Part shown: positions 12,648-22,606 of the stretch, one piece after another
Layout of the letters: every line of letters begins with the position of its first letter
How positions within the stretch are numbered: the stretch's first letter is position 1
Source of the DNA: an uncultured Rickettsiales bacterium
Lineage (GTDB): Bacteria; Myxococcota_A; UBA796; UBA9615; CAYRNR01
Assembly (NCBI GenBank): GCA_964584075.1
Contig: CAZOYV010000005.1
Location: forward strand, 5,060 to 63,939
Direction: 5' to 3'
DNA length: 58,880 bases
Position numbers and translations under genes: made by a program
Notes under the pieces: model-generated
Databases searched by the model: none
Seen by the model: only the letters and a program-made list of their open reading frames with translations
Told to the model about the DNA's origin: nothing

Positions 12648-13700
12648 TCAGGATGGCAGCACGCGCACGACCTTGAGCACCGGCGCGGCGGGCTCCATCT
12701 TGGCCGCCAGGTCGCCGCGGCAGGTGGCCTGCAGCACCGCGAGCGCCCGCCCGTCGGGCCCGCCGCCGATCAGCTGGGCCCCGGCCGCGAAGTCCAGCGC
12801 CGCCGCCCCGGCGAGGTCGCCGGCGCGGATCGGTCCACCGCTGCGCAGCCGCTGGCGGGCCGCGTCGCCCAGCGGGAGCTGGGGCAGCCCCACCGCGCGG
12901 GAGACCGGGACCAGCGCGTCGCCCAGCCGCTCGCTCCACCACGCCGTGGCCTCCTGGTGGGGCCAGCGCCAGCGGCGCTCCGCGTCGGGCGCGGTGCGCT
13001 CCGCCTCCTCCTCGCGGAAGCGGGTCCCGAGCTCGTCCAGCGCGTCCAGCGAGATCGCGTCCTGCAGCGGGAAGTGCCCCGAGCCCTCGCGCACCAGCTC
13101 GCTGAGGTGCGCGCCGCAGCCCAGCGCGGCCCCGATCTCGTCGACCATCACCCGCACGTAGGTCCCCGCCGAGCAGTGCACCCGGAAGCGGACGTCGGGC
13201 AGGTCCACCGCGAGCACCTCGACGGCGTGGATCGTGATCGCCTTGGGCTTGCGCTCGACCTCGATGTTCTGGCGGGCCAGCTTGTACAGCCGCTCGCCGC
13301 CGACCTTGACCGCCGAGTACATCGGGGGGATCTGCTCGATCTCGCCGACGTAGGCGAGCACCGCGTCTCGCACCTGCTGCTCGGTGAGGCCGTCCACGGG
13401 GTGCTCCCCGAGCACCGCCCCGGTGGGGTCCAGCGTGTCGGTGGTGACCCCCAGCCGCATCACCCCCTGGTAGCGCTTGTCGTCGGCGGTGAGCAGCGAC
13501 GCGACGCGGGTCGCCGAGTTGACGAGCAGCGGCAGGACGCCCGTGGCGAAGGGGTCCAGCGTCCCGCCGTGGCCCAGCTTGTGGATCCGCATCGAGGCGC
13601 GGGCACGGCTGACGGCTTGCTGGCTGGTGATGCCCGCGGGCTTGTCGAGGATCACCACGCCCTGGAGGTGGGGGTTGCGCAGGCGGTCACGGCGTCCCAC
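12648..13700 (-). CDS. truB: tRNA pseudouridine(55) synthase
   Basis: LDKPAGITS, GHGGTLDPFATGVL, PPMYSAVKVGGERLYKLAR, CSAGTYVR. Confidence 0.96.
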   Translation of the reverse strand: MGRRDRLRNPHLQGVVILDKPAGITSQQAVSRARASMRIHKLGHGGTLDPFATGVLPLLVNSATRVASLLTADDKRYQGVMRLGVTTDTLDPTGAVLGEHPVDGLTEQQVRDAVLAYVGEIEQIPPMYSAVKVGGERLYKLARQNIEVERKPKAITIHAVEVLAVDLPDVRFRVHCSAGTYVRVMVDEIGAALGCGAHLSELVREGSGHFPLQDAISLDALDELGTRFREEEAERTAPDAERRWRWPHQEATAWWSERLGDALVPVSRAVGLPQLPLGDAARQRLRSGGPIRAGDLAGAAALDFAAGAQLIGGGPDGRALAVLQATCRGDLAAKMEPAAPVLKVVRVLPS

Positions 13701-14132
13701 TCAGGTCTCCTCGTTCTCGTCCTCGGTCTCGGCCGGATCGCCGGACCGCTCGGACTCGGTCTCGCCCCGTTCCCGCTGCCGCTCCCGGTCCTCGGCGACG
13801 ACGCGGTCGATCATCAGGCGCACGTCGGTGGCCTCGTGGAGCACGTGGTCGTGGACGAAGCGCAGCTCCGGGATCTGGCGCAGCCGCAGCTGGCGGCCCA
13901 GCTGGCGGCGCACGTAGCCGCCGGCGCGCTCGAACGCGTCCCGGGCCTGCTCGGCGCGCGACTGGTCGGACAGCAGGGTGAACAGCACCCGGGCGTGGCG
14001 GCAGTCGGCGGACAGCTCCACGCGCGTCACCGCGGCCCCCTCGAGGCGGGGGTCCTTGAGGCTGCGCCGCAGCATCTCGTTGATCTCCTGGCGCAGCAGG
14101 CTCGCCAGCCGATCGCTCCGCGGGGTGGTCAC
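13701..14132 (-). CDS. rbfA: Ribosome-binding factor A
   Basis: R..RLASLLRQEI, KDPRL, VTRVELSAD, LRQIPELRFVHD; upstream of truB. Confidence 0.95.
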   Translation of the reverse strand: MTTPRSDRLASLLRQEINEMLRRSLKDPRLEGAAVTRVELSADCRHARVLFTLLSDQSRAEQARDAFERAGGYVRRQLGRQLRLRQIPELRFVHDHVLHEATDVRLMIDRVVAEDRERQRERGETESERSGDPAETEDENEET

Positions 14133-14156
14133 GCCGTCCTCCTTCCCGGGGCGCGC

Positions 14157-14185
14157 AAGATGCGCGACGCTCCCGGGCGTGTCAA
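14157..14185 (-). promoter_or_regulatory. Putative sigma70 promoter of rbfA-truB
   Basis: Minus strand TTGACA-17 nt-CATCTT. Confidence 0.5.
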
Positions 14186-14195
14186 CCCGCCCGGC

Positions 14196-14732
14196 TCACT
14201 GGAGGCTCTCCAGCTCCTGGGGACGGATCTTCCAGACCTGGATCTCGTCGAACGTGTCGGCGCCCTTGTCGCTGCGGATCAGCGAGATCTGGCGCATCCC
14301 CCAGTGGTGGACCAGGCGGCACTCCAGCGTCGCGTCCAGGCAGCGCGGGACCTGCAGCGGGAACCCGGTGACGCCCATCGCGGTGGTGATGTCCAGCGCG
14401 TGGTCGAAGCGCACCGAGACGTAGTAGATCTCCCCGTCGTAGAGCCCGATCGTGCGGTCCGCGTAGCGCACCTCGGTGGTCCCGGCGAAGTCCCCGTCGC
14501 CGCGGCCGATCTCCTCGCCGAGCTGGTCGGCGACGACCGCGGGGTCGAGGGAGTCGAACCGCCGGCCCGCGAGGTACGGGACGTCCACCAGCAGCCCCTC
14601 GCGCTTCTCGTAGGGGGCGACCGCCGACTGGGCGGAGGCCTGCTCGGCCTCCTCGATCAGGCTCGGCTGGCGCGGCTCGGCGCGGCAGGCCAGCAGGGAC
14701 AGGCACCACAGCAGCAGGACGGCACGTCGCAT
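14196..14732 (-). CDS. Hypothetical lipoprotein
   Basis: ATG at 14732, MRRAVLLLWCLSLLAC lipobox; C-terminal part of ORF 14196..17495. Confidence 0.65.
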   Translation of the reverse strand: MRRAVLLLWCLSLLACRAEPRQPSLIEEAEQASAQSAVAPYEKREGLLVDVPYLAGRRFDSLDPAVVADQLGEEIGRGDGDFAGTTEVRYADRTIGLYDGEIYYVSVRFDHALDITTAMGVTGFPLQVPRCLDATLECRLVHHWGMRQISLIRSDKGADTFDEIQVWKIRPQELESLQ

Positions 14733-14789
14733 GGGGGGAGAGTAGCACGCCCCTACCGCTCCGCGCCCGAGGGCGGTATACGTCCCGGG

Positions 14790-15575
14790 ATGGGCGACGA
14801 TCACGACCGGCGGCGAGGCGACCCGGCGCCCGAGGGGGCGGCCGGGGGAGAACCGATCTCCACCACCGACGCGGTGGCCGGGCGCCACGTCCTGCCTCCG
14901 GGGTACGTCCCGCCCCCCCCCGGGCGGCGCTTCGTCAACCCCTACATCGCACGGCTCGCCGAGTACCCGGAGCTGATCCTCGATGGCCAGGCCGCCGAGG
15001 CGCTGCGCGGCCGCTGGGCCGGGGCGTTCCCCTCCCCCGGGCCGCTGGAGGTCGAGATCGGCAGCGGCAACGGGTTCTACCTCCAGGGACTGTGCGAGCG
15101 GCACCCACGGCGGCGCTTCGTCGGGCTCGAGATCCGCTACAAGCGCGTCTGGATGGCGGCGCGCAAGCTGGACCGCGCCGGGCTGCCCAACGGGCGGGTG
15201 GTGCTGTTCCACGCCGGCTACCTGGCGCGGCTGTTCGCCCCCGGCGAGGTGTCGCGGTTCCACCTCAACCACCCCGACCCGTGGCCCAAGGACCGCCACG
15301 CGCGCAACCGGCTGATCAACCCCGCGTTCTGTCGCACGGTCGCCGAGCTGCTCCCCACCGGGGGCCGGTTCGTGGTCAAGAGCGACTGCATGCCGTACGT
15401 GGACGAGCTGCGCCGCGGGTTCGCCGGCCTGCCGGTCGAGGAGGAGGCGTTCACCGCCGACCTGCACCGCCCCGGAGAGCCGCTGGCCGAGGGCAACATC
15501 CTGACCAACTACGAGCGCAAGTTCGTTCAGCGCGGCCTGCCGGTCTTCCTCATGAGGCTGCTCAAGACCGGCTGA
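14790..15575 (+). CDS. trmB: tRNA (guanine-N7)-methyltransferase
   Basis: EIGSGNG, FVGLEIR, NHPDPWPKDRHARNRL, TNYERKF. Confidence 0.93.
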   Translation: MGDDHDRRRGDPAPEGAAGGEPISTTDAVAGRHVLPPGYVPPPPGRRFVNPYIARLAEYPELILDGQAAEALRGRWAGAFPSPGPLEVEIGSGNGFYLQGLCERHPRRRFVGLEIRYKRVWMAARKLDRAGLPNGRVVLFHAGYLARLFAPGEVSRFHLNHPDPWPKDRHARNRLINPAFCRTVAELLPTGGRFVVKSDCMPYVDELRRGFAGLPVEEEAFTADLHRPGEPLAEGNILTNYERKFVQRGLPVFLMRLLKTG

Positions 15576-16606
15576 CGCTGGCGCCAGTCCCCCTCGTCGC
15601 GCTCGGCGGCGACGAGGTACTCGATGCCCTCGAGCCGCACCCGCGACTGGGCCCCGAGGGTCTGGATCACGTGCGACGCGTAGTAGTTGCCGATCCGCGC
15701 GCAGACCGGCAGCGGCAGCTCGCGGCAGATCCCGTACAGGAAGCCGGCCTGGAACGCGTCGCCCGCGCCGTTGAGGTCCAGCGGGCTCTCCACCGGCATC
15801 GTCGCCACGCGCAGCACCTTGCCGCCGGCCCGCAGCAGGCAGCCCTCGGCGCCGAGCTTGACGACCACCACCTCGGCGTGCTGCTCGAGCTCGGCGCCGA
15901 GGTCGTCCACGTCGTCGGAGTCGTGGGAGAACCGCAGCGCCTCGTCGCGGTTGGCGAACACGACGTCGACGCCGTCGGCGAGGCACTCGTGGATCGCCTC
16001 GACGCGGCGATCGAGCAGCGCGGCGTCGGCCAGGTCGAACGAGACCTTGTGGCCCAGGCTGCGGGCCTTGCGCTGGGCCTTGCGGGCGGCGGCGGCGATG
16101 GGGTGGTCGCCGCGCAGCTCGTAGGCGCTGAAGTGCAGGAAGCGGGTCTCGGCCAGCACCTGGTACAGCACCTCGTAGGGCATCAGCTGCTTGCAGACCC
16201 CGAAGTCGACGCCGAAGGTCCGCTCGCCGTCGGGCGTGATCAACGTGTAGGCGATCCCGCTGCGGCCGTCCTTGATCGAGACGAAGGTGTCGATCTGGTC
16301 CTCCCGCAGCTGGTGGATGTAGCGGTAGCCGTTGTCGTCGTTGCCCACGCAGCCGATGAACGCGCAGCGCAGGTTGAGCCGCGAGGCGCCGTGGGCGGTG
16401 TTGGCCGGGGAGCCGCCGGCGCAGACGATCACGTCGTCCGGGCGGGCGGCGAAGGTCCGCTCCAGCCGCTTGCGCAGGCCGTGGTCGACCGCGAAGCTGC
16501 GGCCCCGGACCAGCCCGAGGCGCTCGACCTCCTCGTCGTCCACCGCGAGCAGGTAGTCGGTCAGCGCGTCGGAGATCGCGCAGATGTCGTAGCGGTACGC
16601 GTTCAT
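15527..16606 (-). CDS. PfkB-family sugar/nucleoside (adenosine-type) kinase
   Basis: GGSPANTA, GCVGNDDNG, ITPDGERTF, FANRDEA, DLNGAGDAFQAGFLYG. Confidence 0.9.
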   Translation of the reverse strand: MNAYRYDICAISDALTDYLLAVDDEEVERLGLVRGRSFAVDHGLRKRLERTFAARPDDVIVCAGGSPANTAHGASRLNLRCAFIGCVGNDDNGYRYIHQLREDQIDTFVSIKDGRSGIAYTLITPDGERTFGVDFGVCKQLMPYEVLYQVLAETRFLHFSAYELRGDHPIAAAARKAQRKARSLGHKVSFDLADAALLDRRVEAIHECLADGVDVVFANRDEALRFSHDSDDVDDLGAELEQHAEVVVVKLGAEGCLLRAGGKVLRVATMPVESPLDLNGAGDAFQAGFLYGICRELPLPVCARIGNYYASHVIQTLGAQSRVRLEGIEYLVAAERDEGDWRQRQPVLSSLMRKTGRPR

Positions 16607-16675
16607 TCCGCTCTGCGTCCTCCGGTTCCGGGACGGAACCTCTCTGCGTCCTCGCGCGCCCCGGATCGGCGCGCC

Positions 16676-18334
16676 CTACCTCAGGGTGGCCTTCCAGCCT
16701 CCACCGGGGGCCGGCTCGAGCAGCAGCCCGACCGAGCCGCCGGCGGGGACCTCGACCGTCCCGCTCCACAGCGTGCCGGCCCCGGCGTGGTGGACGCGCA
16801 GCAGCCAGCGGCCGGCCGGCACCTCCACCGCGGACAGCGGAGCATACCGATCGTTCCAGCCCGGCGCATCCAGGTGCACCAGCCCGGTCCCGCCCTGGAC
16901 CACGACGGTGAGCTGCCCGACGTCCTCGCCCGTCGCCACCGCTGCGCGGGGCGCGGGGGTGGGGTCCGGCGCCGCGCCGGTCGCCGTGGGGGGCTCCTCG
17001 GCCACCGCCACCGCGGCGCCCGGGGCGATCCCGGACGGCCCGGTCGCGGCAGCCGGGCCGTGGTCGAGGCCGGGCGCGAGCGTCGAGCCCGGGGCCGGCG
17101 GGGCCGGCTCCCCGGCGGCGTCTCCGTCCGAGGCGCGGTGCGGGTCCTCGCTTGCCGGCGAGTCCTCCGCCGGGGGGACCTCGTCCGGTCCGCCGGCGGG
17201 CTCCGCGGGACGCTCCCACGGGGACCACAGCACCACCAGCACGGCGGCGAGCCCGACCGCGGCGACGGCCAGGGCGGCCCACGGGCGCGGCCGAGGACGC
17301 GGCTCGGCCGGCGCCTCCAGCGGGGCCGGGGGGGGCGGCGCCGCGTCGGCGCGGGTCACCAGCGTCTGGGTCCGGGGGGCCGGCGGGGGCCGCGTCTCGG
17401 CGGCGGGCGGCGGCGTCCCGGCGGCGGCCTCGGGGCGCACCAGCGCCACCAGCTCGGCCAGCCGCTCCTGCCCCTCGTCCGGTCCGTGGGACCACGGCGC
17501 CAGCGCCGCCCGCATCGCCCGCGCGTCGGCGTGGCGATCCCGGGCCGCCGGCTGCAGCGCCCGGCGCAGCGGCTCGTGGAAGTCGGCGGGGATCGCGTCA
17601 CCGGCCCGGTCGATCTGCTCCAGCGCGCCGCGGCGGGCCGCCTCCAGCACGACCAGCTCCGCGTCCCCCTCCAGCGCCCGGCGCCCGGCCAGCATCTCGA
17701 ACAGCACCAGGCCCGTGGCGTACAGGTCGCCGGCCGGCCCCACCGGCTCGCCGCGGGCCTGCTCGGGGCTCATGTACGGCAGCTTGCCCTTGAGCCCGCC
17801 CTCCGTGGCCTCGCCGCCGAGCGCGGTGCGCGCGATGCCGAAGTCGGTCAGCCGCACCCGCCCGTCGCGGGCGACCAGCACGTTGGTCGGGCTGATGTCG
17901 CGGTGCACGATCCCCAGCGGCGAGCCGTCGTCGCCGCGCACGCCGTGGGCGTAGTGCAGCGCGGACAGCACCTCGCGGGCGACGTGGCCGGCCAGCCGCG
18001 GCGGGAAGCGCACCCCCGACGCCCGGGCGGACTCCAGCAGGAGGGCCAGGTCGCACCCGTGCACGCGCTCGAGCACGATGAAGTAGTCGTCGCCCTCGCG
18101 CCCGAGCTCCAGGACCTGCACCACGTTGGGGTGATCGAGCCGCACGGTCAGCTTGGCCTCGCGGATCAGCAGGTCGACGAACCGCCGGTCCCGCGTCAGG
18201 TGCGGGTGGATCCGCTTGACCACCACCGGCTTGCGGAACCCCTGCACCCCCGCCGCGACCCCGGCGTAGACCACGGCCATCCCGCCGCGACCCAGCTCCT
18301 CGTGGAGCTCGTAGCGCCCCAGCTGCTCGATCAC
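16676..18334 (-). CDS. Membrane-anchored Hanks-type Ser/Thr protein kinase
   Basis: LGRGGMAVVY, VVKRI, HRDISPTNVL, DFGIAR, KLPYMSPEQ, then a TM helix and Pro/Ala-rich periplasmic tail; GTGA-coupled start. Confidence 0.92.
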   Translation of the reverse strand: MIEQLGRYELHEELGRGGMAVVYAGVAAGVQGFRKPVVVKRIHPHLTRDRRFVDLLIREAKLTVRLDHPNVVQVLELGREGDDYFIVLERVHGCDLALLLESARASGVRFPPRLAGHVAREVLSALHYAHGVRGDDGSPLGIVHRDISPTNVLVARDGRVRLTDFGIARTALGGEATEGGLKGKLPYMSPEQARGEPVGPAGDLYATGLVLFEMLAGRRALEGDAELVVLEAARRGALEQIDRAGDAIPADFHEPLRRALQPAARDRHADARAMRAALAPWSHGPDEGQERLAELVALVRPEAAAGTPPPAAETRPPPAPRTQTLVTRADAAPPPPAPLEAPAEPRPRPRPWAALAVAAVGLAAVLVVLWSPWERPAEPAGGPDEVPPAEDSPASEDPHRASDGDAAGEPAPPAPGSTLAPGLDHGPAAATGPSGIAPGAAVAVAEEPPTATGAAPDPTPAPRAAVATGEDVGQLTVVVQGGTGLVHLDAPGWNDRYAPLSAVEVPAGRWLLRVHHAGAGTLWSGTVEVPAGGSVGLLLEPAPGGGWKATLR

Positions 18335-19425
18335 GGCCCCTCCCCGTCCAGCGACCCCGGGTCCTCCCCGGCGCTGCGGGCGGCGGCGACGACCCGGCGC
18401 AGCGAGATCTGGTCGATCCACAGGAAGGCCAGGCCGGCGCCGACGATCAGCACGACCTGCGTGACGTGCAGCACCACGGCGTACGCCGCGGCGGGCTCCT
18501 TGTCGATCCCGTACAGCGCCAGGGCGCCGATCGTGAAGGCCTCGAACACGCCGGCGAAGGCCGGCGGCGCGGGCAGCATCACGCCCACGACGAGCATCAC
18601 CAGCACCACCAGCGCCGCCACCGGTCCGAGCTCGAACCCGAACGCCCGGCACATCAGCCACATGCTCGTCACGTTGGCGGCCCACAGCCCCGCCGTGCTC
18701 CCCAGCAGGGCCAGGGCCAGCCGCGGGTCGCGCATCGTCCGCACGCCGTCGAGGAACGACTGCATCAGGCCGGCCAGCCGGCGCGCCAGGCCCCGGTGGA
18801 CCCACCCGACGATCGCCTCGGTCCAGCGTACCGCGCGGTCCTGCAGCACGACGAAGGCCACCAGGCAGCCGGCGAACGGGACCAGGGCGATGGTGATTGC
18901 GGTGCGCCCCTCCTCGACGAACCGCACCTCCCAGTCGCCCACCACGAAGTGGTCCAGCGGCAGATCGGCGAACAGCACCGCGACGGTGAACATCGCCGCC
19001 AGCGCGAGGATGTCCAGCGTCCGCTCCACGACGATGGTGTACATCCCCGAGCCGAACGGCACGTCGCGGCGCTCGAGCAGCAGGTAGGGCCGGGCGAACT
19101 CGCCGAGGCGGAACGGCAGCGCCTGGATCGCGAGGAACCCCACCGAGGTGATGCTCAGCAGATCGCGGAACGGGACCGGCTCGACGCGGTTGACGATCTG
19201 CCCCCAGCGGAACGCACGCCCGGCGTGGAGGAAGACGTAGGACAGCGTGGACAGCGCGTACCACCCGGGGTGGATGCCGCGCACCGCCTTCCAGAACTCG
19301 CCGAAGTCGATGTCGTAGAACACCAGCGCCAGGAAGCCGGCGCCCACCAGCAGGCTGATCGAGAAGCGCAGCAAGCGCTTCCATCCCCCGGCCTCGCGGG
19401 GGGTCTCGGCGGAGCGCTCGCTCAC
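18331..19425 (-). CDS. Lysylphosphatidylglycerol synthase TM / flippase-like (YbhN/AglD2) membrane protein
   Basis: RAFRW, LPFRLGEFAR, VVERTLD, PAPPAFAGVFE; multiple TM helices. Confidence 0.88.
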   Translation of the reverse strand: MSERSAETPREAGGWKRLLRFSISLLVGAGFLALVFYDIDFGEFWKAVRGIHPGWYALSTLSYVFLHAGRAFRWGQIVNRVEPVPFRDLLSITSVGFLAIQALPFRLGEFARPYLLLERRDVPFGSGMYTIVVERTLDILALAAMFTVAVLFADLPLDHFVVGDWEVRFVEEGRTAITIALVPFAGCLVAFVVLQDRAVRWTEAIVGWVHRGLARRLAGLMQSFLDGVRTMRDPRLALALLGSTAGLWAANVTSMWLMCRAFGFELGPVAALVVLVMLVVGVMLPAPPAFAGVFEAFTIGALALYGIDKEPAAAYAVVLHVTQVVLIVGAGLAFLWIDQISLRRVVAAARSAGEDPGSLDGEGP

Positions 19426-21275
19426 CGCCTCCTCGCCGTGCTCCAGGCCAGCGCCAGCGCGAGCAGCGCCAGCACGCCCGCGCCGCTGCGGCGCCCCACG
19501 GCGCAGCTCGCGCCCAGGTCGTCGTGCGGGTCGGTGCGCTCGAGGTACTCGTCGAGGTTGGTCACCCCGTCCAGGTCGGGGTCCTCGAGGGAGTCGTCGC
19601 GGGACGGCTCGAGGAAGTGCAGCCACTCCCAGACGTCCGACATCCCGTCGCCGTCCAGGTCCTCGGGCAGGGTCAGGTCGTGCTCCGCCCCGCCCCCGGC
19701 CTCGAGCTCCAGCAGCTCGGCCTCCTCCGGCCGGCGGCCGTCGCCGCTGTAGGTCGTGACCCAGCCCGGATCGCCGCCGCAGTACCGGTAGGGCTCCGCC
19801 GACAGGGTGTAGCGGCCGGGCCGCATCCCGGTCATCGCGAACGCCCCGTCCTCGTCGGCGCTGACCGCCAGCATCGACGGCTGACCCGCCTCCTCGGGCA
19901 GCGCGGTGACGTAGATCCGGCCCAGCGGGACCTGGCCCTCGCGCTGGCGCACCTGGCCGGTGAGGGTCGCCGCGGGGGGACACGCGACGGGTCCCAGGTC
20001 GAGGTCCTCGCCGGCCTCCACGGCCAGCAGCGTGGCCTCGGCGATGCTGGCACACAGCGCGTCGCCGCAGACGTAGCCCGCCAGGGACGCGTCGTCCCCG
20101 GGCAGCACGTAGAAGTAGTACTCGGCGGGGCCGAGCTGCGACAGGGTGAAGCGCCCGTCCTCGAGCGACCAGCTGGTGGCCGAGACGCCGGACAGCGGGA
20201 CCGCCTGGACCATCCCGCCCTCGAGCGGCTGCCCCCCGGCCTCGAGCGTCCCGGAGACCGTCGCCTCCGCGGGGAGCTCGAACGCCAGCCCGGAGACCAC
20301 CTCGTCCTCCTCGAGCGCCACCGGATCGGCCGGTGCCAGGGAGCCGTGGCCCGCGGCGGTGAGCTCCAGCGCGTACTCCCCCGGCGCCAGCCCGCCGAGG
20401 GCGAACGTGCCGTCCGCCTGGATCGAGACGCTGGACTGGATCCAGGGCTCGAGGCGGTGCACCGCCTCGACGACGCCCCCCGACACGGGCGCGCCCTGGT
20501 GGTCCGCGACCGAGCCGCTGATCACCGCACCCGTGGGGACCTCGACGTCGATCAGCGTCGTCTGCCCGCGGATCGCCCCCACCGGCACCGCGTCGGTCGG
20601 GCTGTAGACGCCGGGGTGGTAGATCACCGGCCGCCCCGGGGCGGAGATCTTCAGCTCGTAGTGGCCCGGCACCGGGTTGAGCGTCTCGGGATCGTCGATC
20701 GCCGAGTCGAGGCCGACGATCCGGAACGCCCCCTCGGCGTCGGTGTAGGTCGTCGGGTCGAGGTTGTTGTTGTAGTAGTCCAGCCCCTTGACGTCGACGC
20801 GCGCCTGCTCGATCGGCTCGCCGCTGACGGCGTCGGTGACGGTGCCCTCGATGGCGCCGCCGTGGGGCAGCTGGAAGTCGACCCCCTCGGCCACCGCCCC
20901 GCCGCGCAGGTCGAGCAGCCGCCCGGTGCAGTAGAAGTACGTGTCGCTGTAGTACGCGCCGATGAAGTCCTGGCCGTCCAGCGGCCACGCCTTGACCCGA
21001 TAGAACCCCGGGGTCAGCCCGGTCGCGGTGTAGTAGCCGTCGGGGTCCGTGACGAACACCTCGTAGCGCGCCTGGACGTCGAACGGCACCACCGAGATGT
21101 CGGCGATCGGATCTCCCTCCGGGTAGCTCACCACCCGGCCCCGGATCTCGGAGGTCGCTCCCTCGCGGGGCGTGATCGTCGGACCGTCGCCGGGACCGCC
21201 GCCCGGCACGGGCTGGCACGCCGCGAGCCCGACCGCGGCGACGAGGGCGAGCAGCACCGGGGTGGAGCGGATCAA
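19422..21275 (-). CDS. Surface lipoprotein with repeated carboxypeptidase-regulatory-like beta-sandwich domains, DxDGDG Ca-binding motifs and MYXO-CTERM-like tail
   Basis: Lipobox GLAAC; repeated 'I.G.V...G.P' / 'G.F...GL.PG.Y' units; DLDGDGMSDVWE, DPDLDGVTNLDEY; C-terminus SCAV..LALLALALAWSTARRR. Confidence 0.8.
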   Translation of the reverse strand: MIRSTPVLLALVAAVGLAACQPVPGGGPGDGPTITPREGATSEIRGRVVSYPEGDPIADISVVPFDVQARYEVFVTDPDGYYTATGLTPGFYRVKAWPLDGQDFIGAYYSDTYFYCTGRLLDLRGGAVAEGVDFQLPHGGAIEGTVTDAVSGEPIEQARVDVKGLDYYNNNLDPTTYTDAEGAFRIVGLDSAIDDPETLNPVPGHYELKISAPGRPVIYHPGVYSPTDAVPVGAIRGQTTLIDVEVPTGAVISGSVADHQGAPVSGGVVEAVHRLEPWIQSSVSIQADGTFALGGLAPGEYALELTAAGHGSLAPADPVALEEDEVVSGLAFELPAEATVSGTLEAGGQPLEGGMVQAVPLSGVSATSWSLEDGRFTLSQLGPAEYYFYVLPGDDASLAGYVCGDALCASIAEATLLAVEAGEDLDLGPVACPPAATLTGQVRQREGQVPLGRIYVTALPEEAGQPSMLAVSADEDGAFAMTGMRPGRYTLSAEPYRYCGGDPGWVTTYSGDGRRPEEAELLELEAGGGAEHDLTLPEDLDGDGMSDVWEWLHFLEPSRDDSLEDPDLDGVTNLDEYLERTDPHDDLGASCAVGRRSGAGVLALLALALAWSTARRR

Positions 21276-22606
21276 GAGCCGGCCGCCTCGAGGGTCCGCG
21301 AGGGGGCGTCCGCGGTCCGGTCGCCGCGCCGCGGCTCCTCGCGGGCCGGGTCGTCCCCCTCGCGGGCCGGGTCGTCCCCCTCGCCGTCGTGGGTCGCGTC
21401 ACGGCCGTCCCGGGCATGCGCCAGCTCGGCGTCGACGCGCTCGGCGAGGGCAATCGCGAAGCGGAACGCCTTGGTGCTGGTCGCCCGCTCCAGGTGACGG
21501 ATCCGGTCGCGGTCGGTGTGGACCGGGGTCGCCGGGCGCCCGCGGCGCAGCGCCTTGAGCGTCACGGCGGCGTAGCCGTGGCGGGTGGCGACGCCGGCGT
21601 CGCCGAGCCCGATGATGCGCACCGGCCGGACGTCGCGGAACGGACGGGTGCGGGCCAGGGCGGCGGCGTGGCCGGGCATCAGCGGGTGGTACGGCAGCTC
21701 GCCCGGGACCCGCTCGCCGGTGGCGAAGTGCAGGTCGCCGGCGCCCACGTCGTCCAGGTTGATCACGAACGTCCGCGCGCGCGGCAGCTTGCGGCCGAAG
21801 CTGGTCAGGAACGCGTCCATCCCCCCGCAGTCGGCCTCGCGCGAGCCGGTGACCAGGAACACCACCTCGGCGTTGCGCAGCGGGGACGCCGCGAAGTGCT
21901 CGGACAGCGCCGCGAGCACCGCCAGCCCCGAGGCGTTGTCGTTGGCCCCGCGGGCCGGGCGGGGGCGCATCCAGTCCAGCGCGAGCAGCACGATCAGGGC
22001 GAAGAACCCGACGGTGACGAGCAGGAAGCGATCGAGGATCTCCAGCTGGATCCCGGGCAAGCGCAGCAGGATCAAGGCCACCTGGGCCCAGGCGACCGCG
22101 AGCACGACGCGCATCGGGTGGGTCTTGAGCCGCCCTGCCGCGCCGTGGAACAGGCCGCCGAGCCAGCGGTTGTGGATCAGGCCGCGGCGGGCCACGTCCC
22201 CGTGGGCCACGAACACGACCAGCGAGGTGTCCTCGTCCACCTCGCGACGCATCCGGGCGATCAGGTTGCTGGAGACCTCCTTGGGCACGAACCAGCGCAG
22301 CAGCCGCCCGCGGAACACCGTCTCGCCGTACAGCGACACCAGCACGACGCCCGTGACGACGAGCCCGGCCAGCGCGCCGTCGACCGCGTGGTGGCCGGCC
22401 AGCAGCCCCCCGGCGACCAGCAGCAGCCCGTGGGCCAGCCACAGCAGCGCCGGGTTGGTGTGGCACACGCAGCCCTCGACCCGCGCCAGGTACCCGCGGC
22501 GCTGGAGCAGCCCGGCCATCGCCTCCTGCGCGGCGCGCTCGCCCACGCCGCCCGCGGTGCGATCCTCGAACTGCTCGAGCTGCTCGATGAAGGGCCGAAC
22601 CTCCAC
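21272..22606 (-). CDS. Membrane-embedded M28-family peptidase-like protein
   Basis: VAHGD, GANDNASG, NLDDVG, VHTDRD motifs, four TM segments; GTG at 22606 preceded by GAGGAG. Confidence 0.8.
   Translation of the reverse strand: MEVRPFIEQLEQFEDRTAGGVGERAAQEAMAGLLQRRGYLARVEGCVCHTNPALLWLAHGLLLVAGGLLAGHHAVDGALAGLVVTGVVLVSLYGETVFRGRLLRWFVPKEVSSNLIARMRREVDEDTSLVVFVAHGDVARRGLIHNRWLGGLFHGAAGRLKTHPMRVVLAVAWAQVALILLRLPGIQLEILDRFLLVTVGFFALIVLLALDWMRPRPARGANDNASGLAVLAALSEHFAASPLRNAEVVFLVTGSREADCGGMDAFLTSFGRKLPRARTFVINLDDVGAGDLHFATGERVPGELPYHPLMPGHAAALARTRPFRDVRPVRIIGLGDAGVATRHGYAAVTLKALRRGRPATPVHTDRDRIRHLERATSTKAFRFAIALAERVDAELAHARDGRDATHDGEGDDPAREGDDPAREEPRRGDRTADAPSRTLEAAGS
21337..21384. repeat. 21-bp tandem duplication (about 2.3 copies) encoding EGDDPAR in the M28 C-terminal tail
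   Basis: CCTCGCGGGCCGGGTCGTCCC at 21337-21357 and 21358-21378, plus partial CCTCGC. Confidence 0.85.

Noticed and set aside
15527-15575. 49-bp convergent overlap of trmB and the PfkB kinase
   Set aside because: Short 3' overlaps are ordinary in GC-rich genomes where stop codons are scarce.
19422-21275. Candidate replacement for the missing QHNDH alpha subunit (Ig-like domains near the cluster)
   Set aside because: No CxxCH heme motifs, opposite strand, surface-sorting tail.
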